Assembly: GCA_046348585.1 (NCBI GenBank)
Contig: JAXMDZ010000005.1
Coordinates: 60,244 to 124,243 of the forward strand
Length of the DNA: 64,000 nucleotides
Reading direction: 5' to 3'
Source of the DNA: Alphaproteobacteria bacterium
GTDB lineage: Bacteria; Pseudomonadota; Alphaproteobacteria; Micropepsales; Micropepsaceae
Positions 50,093 through 57,725 of the stretch are shown piece after piece. The position numbers and the translations under genes are program-made. The first letter of the stretch is position 1. Every line of letters begins with the position of its first letter. The notes under the pieces were generated by a model. The model was not told the DNA's origin. It saw only the letters and a program-made list of their open reading frames with translations, and searched no databases.

Positions 50093-50419
50093 TCAGCCCT
50101 TGGCGTCGAACTTCTCGAACTCGTAGGCGATCGAGCGGGCGATCAGCTCGCGCCAGACCGGCTCGACGAGATCGCCCGGCACGCCCAGCGCCTCGGCGGC
50201 GCGGCGGATCTTGGCCACCACATCCTCGATGCGGGCGTCGTCGTGCACCGTGTCGCGGCGCTGCTTGATGACGGCGGCGCGGGCGATATAGCCCGTGCGC
50301 TCGGCGATCAGCGCGACGAGGGCGCGGTCGATACGGTCGATCTGGCCGCGCAGGGTCGGCATGTCGGGGCAGTCGGCGGGCGGGACGACCGCCTCGGTTC
50401 GCATCGCAAGGTCCGGCAT
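50093..50419 (-). CDS. Chorismate mutase / isochorismate pyruvate-lyase (AroQ class); start may be 50404
   Basis: LRGQIDRIDRALVALIAER...AAVIK...ARIEDV. Confidence 0.85.
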   Translation of the reverse strand: MPDLAMRTEAVVPPADCPDMPTLRGQIDRIDRALVALIAERTGYIARAAVIKQRRDTVHDDARIEDVVAKIRRAAEALGVPGDLVEPVWRELIARSIAYEFEKFDAKG

Positions 50420-50586
50420 GGGCGCGCTTATGTCAGGGCGGTCCTTGCGGCGCAATCGCGGAGACGGCGCTGCTTCTCCGCCTTCACGGCCGGTGCTAGG
50501 GTGCGGCGCGCGCCTGCCTGCCGGCAGCCGCGAACCAGATCGCCGGTCGCGCGGTTCGCATCGGCGATCGCAAGGGAGTATCGGCC

Positions 50587-51468
50587 ATGGCCTTCCGCAT
50601 CTGGCGCGCCGCGCTTGCGGCCTCGGTCGTGGCAGGGCTCTGCGCCCTTCCTGCCGCCTCGGCGGCCCGGCGTCCCCCGGCCGCGCCGAAACTGCATGTG
50701 CGAATCTTCGAAGCGGCGGGCGCGCCCGGCCAGCAGGCGGAGGCGCGGGCCTGCGCGCCGGCGGGATGGAAGATCGTCTCGGGCGGCGCGAGGGTCGAAT
50801 GGACCGGGCCAGGCGCGCTGCTCACCGCCTCCTATCCCGAGGCGAATTGCTGGGTGGCCCGCTCGAAGGATCACCTCGCCGCCGACACGCACCGCGTCAT
50901 CGCCTATGCCGTCGCGATCCAGGACCCCTCGAACCAGTGGGACGTCGCGGTCGACGAGTTCACCAGCACCTACGCGTCCCATCCCGAAGCGAGCTTCGAG
51001 GCGTCGCGGCCAGGATATGTAATGACCGGCGGCGGAGCGCGCGTGAACTGGGAAGCCGATCCGAGCCATGTCGGCCAGATCGTTACGCCGTTCGGCAATC
51101 TTCTGACGGGGAGCTACCCGGACGGCAAGCATGCCTGGGCCGTGCGCGCCAAGGATCACATCAAGGTCAGCCCCGCCTCGGTGACCGTCTATGTCATCAG
51201 CCTGAAGGCCCGCAACGGCGCGAAACTCACCACGGCGATCTTCACCGGGCAAAGCCAGGTGTCGGGCGCACCGGCCGCCTCGGTCTCGGTGCCCGCGCCC
51301 TGGACGATGATCGGCGGAGGGGCGCGGGTGAACTGGCACGGCGTCGGCAATCTGCTGACGGCCAGCTACCCGGATGGCGCATCGTCCTGGTCGGGGGTGG
51401 GCAAGGCTCATCTCGAACCCTCGCCCGCCAACCTCACCGTCTATGCGATCGGCATCCAGGCGGAGTGA
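50587..51468 (+). CDS. Secreted protein with three internal ~80-aa repeats
   Basis: Signal peptide; three copies of GGARVxW...(G)xLLTxSYP...W...KxH...VYxI; GGGAG RBS. Confidence 0.8.
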   Translation: MAFRIWRAALAASVVAGLCALPAASAARRPPAAPKLHVRIFEAAGAPGQQAEARACAPAGWKIVSGGARVEWTGPGALLTASYPEANCWVARSKDHLAADTHRVIAYAVAIQDPSNQWDVAVDEFTSTYASHPEASFEASRPGYVMTGGGARVNWEADPSHVGQIVTPFGNLLTGSYPDGKHAWAVRAKDHIKVSPASVTVYVISLKARNGAKLTTAIFTGQSQVSGAPAASVSVPAPWTMIGGGARVNWHGVGNLLTASYPDGASSWSGVGKAHLEPSPANLTVYAIGIQAE

Positions 51469-51544
51469 GCGCCCGGCGCGCCGCGTCGCGTCCATGAACC
51501 GCGCGGCCTTGACGGCGCAATCGCGGAACGGCCACTGAGGCGCG

Positions 51545-52108
51545 ATGAGCGTTCACCGTCTCGATTTCGGCCCGGCCCGCAGCCTTTTCAGCGGCGCGCC
51601 CGCGATGCTGTCCGGCGCGGGCGACGACCCGGCCGGGGCGGTGACCGCCGCCAGCATGATCGCCCCCGGCGTCTGGCACGTCTTCGCGGCCGAAGGGACG
51701 CTGCATCTCCACCTGCCGCCCGGCGCGGCGGTGCCGCCCGAGGCCGGTCCCGCCGATCTGGTGTGGGAGACGGCCCGCGCCCTGAGCGCCCCGGAAGGCG
51801 GCGCGCCGCTGCGCGCCTCGGTGGCGGTGGCGCGCGGCGCGACGCTGGATGCGGCGGCGGCGATCGCCCCGCTGGGCGGCGACGCGGCGGGGCTCGCGGC
51901 CGCGCTCGCCGACCTGCCCGCGCCGCCGCTGGAGCCCGGCATCGAGGCGATCTGGGAACGGCTCAGCCATGTCGCCCGGCGGGCGCAGGCGCTGAAGAAG
52001 GAGGGCCGCCTCGCCGCCGCCGCCCTCGCCTGCCGCGGCCGGGGACGGCTGATCGGCGGCCTCAGCGGCGATCTGCTGATCCGCTTCGGCGTCTCGGCCT
52101 GGCGCTAG
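51545..52108 (+). CDS. Hypothetical Ala-rich protein
   Basis: Fills the gap between genes and converges on lytTR; no recognisable motif. Confidence 0.5.
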   Translation: MSVHRLDFGPARSLFSGAPAMLSGAGDDPAGAVTAASMIAPGVWHVFAAEGTLHLHLPPGAAVPPEAGPADLVWETARALSAPEGGAPLRASVAVARGATLDAAAAIAPLGGDAAGLAAALADLPAPPLEPGIEAIWERLSHVARRAQALKKEGRLAAAALACRGRGRLIGGLSGDLLIRFGVSAWR

Positions 52109-52866
52109 AACCAGCCGCCGCTCTGGAGCGTGGCGACGGCCGCGCGGGCGACCGGCACTTCGAGGCCGCGCGCCAGCACGAGGCGGACATTGCGGCCGTC
52201 GCGCTTCACCTCGCGCACCGCCTTGCGGGCGACCCACCAGCTGCGATGGACCCGCGCGCCGTCGATGCCGTCGAGTTCGGCGACCGCGTCGCGCATCCGC
52301 ATCAGGATCATCGCCTGTCCGGTCGCGGTGTGGGCGAGGACGTAGTGGTCCTGCATCTCCAGCGCGATCAATTCGCGGCCCGCGTTGGCCGGCAGGCGGT
52401 CCAGGAAGCGCGGCGGCGCGGCCGGTCCTTCCGCCTCCGGCGTTCCGGGCGGTTGCGCGAGCCGCCGCTCGTGCCGGTCGCCGGCCAGCCAGAAGACGAA
52501 GCAGAGCGCCGCCGCGATCACCAGCACATAGCGGTAGAACTGGAAGGCGGGTTCGAGGCCGGGGGGCCGCGCCGCTCCGAACAGGCCCTCCGCCGCGATG
52601 ACCAGCGCGGTCATCGGCACGGTCGCCAGAATGCAGGCGGCGATCCAGACCGCGAGGCGCGGCAGGTCGAGCCGCTCGGCCAGCAGGTTCGCCGCCGCCA
52701 TCGCCGGGCGGTAGATGACGTAGCCCGCAATGGTCAGGCCCACCCAATAGACGAGGCGCAGCGGAAACGGCGCGGCGAAGCTGCCGAACGGGCCCAGCAG
52801 CGCCAGCAGAAAACCGATGCCGGCGAGCACCGCCAGATCGATCAGCACCCTGCGCAGTCCGCTCAT
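52105..52866 (-). CDS. Membrane-anchored LytTR DNA-binding protein
   Basis: About 4 TM helices, then ALEMQDHYV...LMRMRDA...VHRSWWVA...VPVAR. Confidence 0.9.
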   Translation of the reverse strand: MSGLRRVLIDLAVLAGIGFLLALLGPFGSFAAPFPLRLVYWVGLTIAGYVIYRPAMAAANLLAERLDLPRLAVWIAACILATVPMTALVIAAEGLFGAARPPGLEPAFQFYRYVLVIAAALCFVFWLAGDRHERRLAQPPGTPEAEGPAAPPRFLDRLPANAGRELIALEMQDHYVLAHTATGQAMILMRMRDAVAELDGIDGARVHRSWWVARKAVREVKRDGRNVRLVLARGLEVPVARAAVATLQSGGWF

Positions 52867-53018
52867 GTCCTCTCCCCGAGGCGGCAGAAATAGCGCCCGC
52901 TCGCGCTTCGCGAAACGGCAAAGCGCCGTTTTTCGGGCAATTCACGAAGCCGGATGCCCATCGACGCAAACGGCGTTGCCCGCCGGCGGCGGCGCGGCAG
53001 GCTGCGCCGCGACACCCC

Positions 53019-53558
53019 ATGGAGCCGTTCGTCTTGACCATGCCCGCCCCGGCCCTGCGCCGCCCGGACTTCTCGCTTTCGCCCCTCGCCCGCAACGTCC
53101 TGCTGATCGCCGGGAGCGCCCTCGCCGCCGCCAGCGTCATCGCGCTCATCCGTCTGGCGCTCGGCCTCGCGCCGGCGACCGCGGCGGTCCGCGACGTGGC
53201 GATCCTCGTTCATCTGGGCACCGTGCTGCCGGCGCTGCCGCTCGGCATGGTCCTTTTCCTCGCCCGCAAGGGCACGCGCAGCCACAAGGCGCTCGGCTGG
53301 ATCTGGATGGCGCTGATGGCGGTGACGGCGGTCGCCGCGCTCTTCATCCGCGAGTTGAACGGCGGGTCGTTCAGCCTCATCCACCTCTTCGTGCCGCTGA
53401 CCTTTTTCGGCATCGTCCGCGGCGTGTCGGCGGCCCGTCAGGGGCGGATCGCCGCCCACCGGCGGAGCATGATCGGCCTCTTCTTCGGCGCCCTTCTGGT
53501 CGCCGGGATTCTGAGCTTTCTGCCCGGCCGGGTGATGTGGGTCTGGCTGACCGGTTAG
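53019..53558 (+). CDS. DUF2306-like membrane protein
   Basis: VHL...KGTRSHKALGWIW...SLIHL...HRRSM...PGR. Confidence 0.8.
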   Translation: MEPFVLTMPAPALRRPDFSLSPLARNVLLIAGSALAAASVIALIRLALGLAPATAAVRDVAILVHLGTVLPALPLGMVLFLARKGTRSHKALGWIWMALMAVTAVAALFIRELNGGSFSLIHLFVPLTFFGIVRGVSAARQGRIAAHRRSMIGLFFGALLVAGILSFLPGRVMWVWLTG

Positions 53559-54955
53559 GCCGTCCGCTCGAACACGGCGGCGAAGAAGCCGTCCGTCCCG
53601 TTCCGGGCGGGGGTCAGCTTCAGATAGTCGCCCGCGCCGCGGGGCCACGGCGTCGGCAGGACCGAGGTCCAGACGGTTTCGGCCGGGACCGCCTGGAAGT
53701 TCGGATGGGCGGCGAGGAAGGCCTCGGCCTGCGCCTCGTTCTCGGCCGGGATCAGCGAGCAGGTCGCATAGATCAGGCGGCCGCCGCGCTTCACCATGCG
53801 GGCGGCGCGGGCGAGGATCGCCTTCTGCAACGCCACCAGACGGTCCAGCCCGGCATCGGCCTTCCACTTGGTCTCCGGGTGGCGGCGCCAGGCCCCGGTG
53901 CCCGAACAGGGGGCATCGACCAGCACAAGGTCGAACTGGGTCGCCTTCTTCTTCAGGAACGGGTCGTCGTCGCGGCCGGTGAGCTGCACCCGCTCGGCGT
54001 TCTCCACCCCGGCCCGCTTGAAGCGGAGCTTCGCCCGGGCGAGGCGCTTGGCGTTGGTGTCGGCGGCGACGAGGTGCCCCCGGTTCTGCATCGCCGCCGC
54101 GAGGGCGAGGCTCTTGCCCCCGGCTCCGGCGCAGAAATCCAGCACCTGCAGCCCCGGCTTCGCCCCGGCCATGGCGGCGACGAGCTGCGAGCCCTCGTCC
54201 TGCATGTCGAAGAGGCCGGCCGCGAAGGCCTCGGTCGACGCCAGATCGGGGCGGCCCTTGGCGTGCAGGGCGAGCGGCGCATAGACGCCCGGCCGCATCT
54301 CGATCTCCCGGGCGGCGAGGGTCTGTGTCAGGCTTTCGGGTGTCGCCTTCAGCGTGTTCACCCGGATGTCGAGCGGCGCGGGCAGCCCGAGCGCGCTCAG
54401 TTCCTGCTTGAGGTTCGCGCCGAAAGTCTTTGCCAGAATTGAATAATAGTCTTCCGGGCACTCCAGCCGAACCCAGTCCGGCATGGAAGCGTGCTCCAGC
54501 CCCTCGCCGGTCATCCGCCCGAAGGCCGAGGCCAATGCGCGGATGTCGGCGGTGGTGACGGCGACCGCCCGGGCGACCGCATCGGGGTCGCAATCGTCAA
54601 GCAGGACCGCGGCCGCGCCCCACAGCATCTCGGGCGAGGCGGGCAGATTCTGACGCTGCGTCAGCCAGGTCAGGCGGGCGTAGTGGCGGAAGAAGCGGTC
54701 GAGCGCCCCCTTGAGGCGGAAGCGGCCCGTCCGGTCGGCGGCCGACAGCGCCTCGTCGGCCGCGACCTCGCCGCCCCGCCCGCCCGCCCAGGCGCGGATC
54801 GCCTGCAGCAGTTCGAGGTCCGGCGGCCGCCGGGCCGGGCCTTTGCCGGTTTTCACGGGTTTGGCCGGGCGGCCGGGCTGTTTCAGTTCGGCCCGCCGGG
54901 TCTCCAGCTTTGCGTGGACAGGCGGCGCTTTGCGCCGATTTCGCCTTTCCTTCAC
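53555..54955 (-). CDS. RsmB/NOP family RNA m5C methyltransferase
   Basis: DIRVNTLK, QDEGSQL, DFCAGAGGK, VDAPCSGTG, YATCS, DGFF. Confidence 0.9.
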   Translation of the reverse strand: MKERRNRRKAPPVHAKLETRRAELKQPGRPAKPVKTGKGPARRPPDLELLQAIRAWAGGRGGEVAADEALSAADRTGRFRLKGALDRFFRHYARLTWLTQRQNLPASPEMLWGAAAVLLDDCDPDAVARAVAVTTADIRALASAFGRMTGEGLEHASMPDWVRLECPEDYYSILAKTFGANLKQELSALGLPAPLDIRVNTLKATPESLTQTLAAREIEMRPGVYAPLALHAKGRPDLASTEAFAAGLFDMQDEGSQLVAAMAGAKPGLQVLDFCAGAGGKSLALAAAMQNRGHLVAADTNAKRLARAKLRFKRAGVENAERVQLTGRDDDPFLKKKATQFDLVLVDAPCSGTGAWRRHPETKWKADAGLDRLVALQKAILARAARMVKRGGRLIYATCSLIPAENEAQAEAFLAAHPNFQAVPAETVWTSVLPTPWPRGAGDYLKLTPARNGTDGFFAAVFERTA

Positions 54956-55009
54956 CGGAAGGCCCCCTTAGAACCACGGCTTTCCCGAATCCCCCGCCCC
55001 AGCGAGCCG

Positions 55010-56230
55010 ATGGCCAACGAACTTCTGAAGAAAGCTGCCGAGACTTCGCCCCGGTCGACGAAACGCGGGTGGATGGAGCGGCTCTTCACGTTCTTCTTTC
55101 AGGGTTTCGTCTACAACCAGATCTGGGAAGACCCGGACGTCGACATCAAGGCGATGCGGATCGGACCCGAGACGCGGATCATCACGATCGCCTCGGGCGG
55201 CTGCAATATCCTCAACTACCTCGCCGTCGGGCCGAAGTCGATCACCGCGGTCGATCTCAACCCCAACCATCTGGCGCTGACCCGGCTGAAGATCGCGGCG
55301 GTCAAGCACGCCCCCGACTACGAATCCTTCTTCCGCTTCTTCGCCATCGGCCGCGACAAGCGGAACGTCGAGGTCTATCGCACCCATCTCGAGCCGCATC
55401 TCGACGCCGAGACGCGGGCCCACTGGAACAGCCGCATGGGCGTCCTGCGGCTGCGGCGCAAGATTTCGATGTTCGCGCGCGGCTTCTACCGCTTCAGCCT
55501 GCTCGGCAAGTTCATCGGCATGATGCGCTGGATGTCGTGGTCCTACGGCCTCGACACGACCAAGATCCTCCACGCCAAGACCATGGAAGAGCAGCGCGCC
55601 ATCTTCGAGCGCGACTGGGCGCGGGTGTTCCGCTCGTGGTTCGTGCGCTGGGCGGCCAACCGGCCGACCGTCTATTACATGCTCGGCATTCCGCCGCAGC
55701 AGTTCGACGAGCTGGCGGGGTCGGCCGAGGAAGGCCAGACGGCGGCCATGCTGCGCGGCCGCATCGAGAAGATGGCCTGCGATTTCCCCATCGAATACAA
55801 CTACTTCGCCTGGCAGGCCTTCAGCCGCGCCTACGACACCGAGAAGCGTCTGGCGGTGCCCGACTATCTGAAGGCCGACACCTTTGCGCTGCTGCGCGAC
55901 CGCACGGACCGGATCGACGTCAATCACGTCATCATGACGGACTTCCTCGCGTCCAAGCCTGAAAACAGCTTCGACCGCTTCGTCCTGCTCGACGCGCAGG
56001 ACTGGATGAACGAGACGCAGATCACCGAATTGTGGCGCGAGATCACCCGCGTCGCCGGCCCCGGCGCGCGGGTCATCTTCCGCACCGCCGGCGAGATTTC
56101 GCCGCTGGAGCGCAAGCTGCCCGCCGACATCCTCGGCCAGTGGGCCTACCAGCCCGACGAGAGCCACGATTTCCACCGCCAGGACCGCTCGTCGATCTAT
56201 GGCGGCTTCCACATCTACGAGAAACGCTGA
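55010..56230 (+). CDS. btaA: SAM:diacylglycerol 3-amino-3-carboxypropyltransferase (DUF3419), betaine lipid synthesis
   Basis: VYNQIWEDPDVD, IASGGCN, VDLNPNH, NYFAWQAF, LLDAQDWM, DRSSIYGGFH. Confidence 0.88.
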   Translation: MANELLKKAAETSPRSTKRGWMERLFTFFFQGFVYNQIWEDPDVDIKAMRIGPETRIITIASGGCNILNYLAVGPKSITAVDLNPNHLALTRLKIAAVKHAPDYESFFRFFAIGRDKRNVEVYRTHLEPHLDAETRAHWNSRMGVLRLRRKISMFARGFYRFSLLGKFIGMMRWMSWSYGLDTTKILHAKTMEEQRAIFERDWARVFRSWFVRWAANRPTVYYMLGIPPQQFDELAGSAEEGQTAAMLRGRIEKMACDFPIEYNYFAWQAFSRAYDTEKRLAVPDYLKADTFALLRDRTDRIDVNHVIMTDFLASKPENSFDRFVLLDAQDWMNETQITELWREITRVAGPGARVIFRTAGEISPLERKLPADILGQWAYQPDESHDFHRQDRSSIYGGFHIYEKR

Positions 56231-56886
56231 TGGCCACCGCGAAGGACGCCCATCCGGCGATGGACCGGATGTATCGCTGGACGCGGCACGTCTATGACGC
56301 CTCGCGCAAATACTACCTGCTCGGCCGCGACGCGCTGATCGGCGAATTGAACGTGCGGCCCGGCGAAACGGTGTGCGAGGCGGGCTGCGGCACGGCGCGC
56401 AATCTGATCCTGATGGCCCAGCGCTATCCCGAAGGGCGCTTCTTCGGCTTCGACGCCTCGGCCGAAATGCTGAAGACGGCGAGCGGTTCGGTCGAAAAGG
56501 CGGGGCTGAAGGACAAGGTGCCGCTGCTTGTGGCGCTGGCGCAGGATTTCTCGGCCGCCAAGTTCGGCCTCGACGCGAAGTTCGACCGCATCGTCTTCTC
56601 CTACGCCCTCTCGATCATGGACGACTGGCAGGCGGCGGTCGATCACGCGCTGACCGAGCTGAAGCCCGGCGGCACGCTGCATGTCGTCGATTTCGGCGAC
56701 CAGAAGGGCCTGCCCGGCTGGTTCAAGTGGCTGCTCGGCGCCTGGCTGAAGCAGTTCCATGTGCGCTTCCGGCCCGAGGTGAAGGCCTATTTCGAAAGCC
56801 TTGCGGCGGCCGGCAAGGGCACGATCGCCTATCGCGACGTGTCGCGCGGCTACGCCTATATCCTCAATTTCAAGCTGGCCGGCTGA
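56230..56886 (+). CDS. btaB: SAM-dependent N-methyltransferase (DGHS to DGTS)
   Basis: MDRMYRWTRHVYDASRKYYLLGRD, EAGCGTARN, FSYALS, LHVVDFG; TGATG coupling to btaA. Confidence 0.88.
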   Translation: MATAKDAHPAMDRMYRWTRHVYDASRKYYLLGRDALIGELNVRPGETVCEAGCGTARNLILMAQRYPEGRFFGFDASAEMLKTASGSVEKAGLKDKVPLLVALAQDFSAAKFGLDAKFDRIVFSYALSIMDDWQAAVDHALTELKPGGTLHVVDFGDQKGLPGWFKWLLGAWLKQFHVRFRPEVKAYFESLAAAGKGTIAYRDVSRGYAYILNFKLAG

Positions 56887-56893
56887 GGCCGCG

Positions 56894-57241
56894 TCAGGCG
56901 GGCGCGGCGAGTTCGGCGTCGATCTCGGCCTGCACGCAGTCGAAGGCGGCGCCGAGACGGGCGAGCGCCGCGAAGCGCCCGGTCATGTTGGAGAAGTCCG
57001 ACTTCTCGACCTCGGCCGCCGTCTCGGCGACCGACCACGCGCCGATGCCGCGGGCCGCGCCCTTGATGCCGTGCGCTGTATCTTTCCAGAGCTTGGGATC
57101 GTCGGCCCCGGCGAGCACGGTCAGAAGGTGCGAAACCTGGGTCTTGAACAGCCGCAGCACCTCGCGGATCAGATCCTGATCGCCGGCCGTGTAGGCGTCG
57201 AGATGATTGAAGTCGATGGCGCGTGCGCCTTCAGCGGACAT
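56894..57241 (-). CDS. Stand-alone Hpt domain protein
   Basis: IDFNHL...GDQDLIREVLRLF...AHGIKGAARGIGAW. Confidence 0.88.
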   Translation of the reverse strand: MSAEGARAIDFNHLDAYTAGDQDLIREVLRLFKTQVSHLLTVLAGADDPKLWKDTAHGIKGAARGIGAWSVAETAAEVEKSDFSNMTGRFAALARLGAAFDCVQAEIDAELAAPA

Positions 57242-57282
57242 CGTCAGGTGTCTCCCTGCGCGCCACTTTATCCGGCGATCGC

Positions 57283-57588
57283 TTAAGCGCAGTTAACGAC
57301 GTTGTGACGCATTTCCGAAGATGCGCCGGCCGCGGAGCCGCCGGTCAGCGTGCGGCGGCCTTCCTCGGTGAGGCGGCAGACCAGGAAGTCCGGCTTGATC
57401 GGGTTGGCGAACCACGGCATCGCCCAGCCCTGCGCCAGACAGGCGCGGATGATGCGCGGGTCGATCGCCTGACCGTCCTCGTCGAAGAGCGGCAGCTTGC
57501 CGCCGGGCTGGCCGAGGCCCCTCGCCAGATAGTTACGCTGTGCCGCCGTCGGGGCCCACAGGGCCCGCCCGTCTTCCATCGCCGCCAT
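57283..57588 (-). CDS. Conserved hypothetical protein (winged-helix-like)
   Basis: QPGGKLPLFDEDG...ACLAQGWAMPWFANPIKPDFLVCRLTEEG motif recalled from alphaproteobacterial hypotheticals. Confidence 0.7.
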   Translation of the reverse strand: MAAMEDGRALWAPTAAQRNYLARGLGQPGGKLPLFDEDGQAIDPRIIRACLAQGWAMPWFANPIKPDFLVCRLTEEGRRTLTGGSAAGASSEMRHNVVNCA

Positions 57589-57725
57589 AGACGCCCCACA
57601 TCGGATTGCGCGAGAGCGGCTTCGCGCCGCTTCATTAACCAGCACCTTCGCCCAATCGTGTTAACATTGGCTCAAACCTGAACCGGCGGCAACGCCAGGA
57701 GCGATCCGGAACCCGGAATCCGACG

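Noticed and set aside
57283-57296. Full CtrA box upstream of the Hpt gene
   Set aside because: Spacing is TTAA-N6-TTAA, not N7; kept only as half-sites
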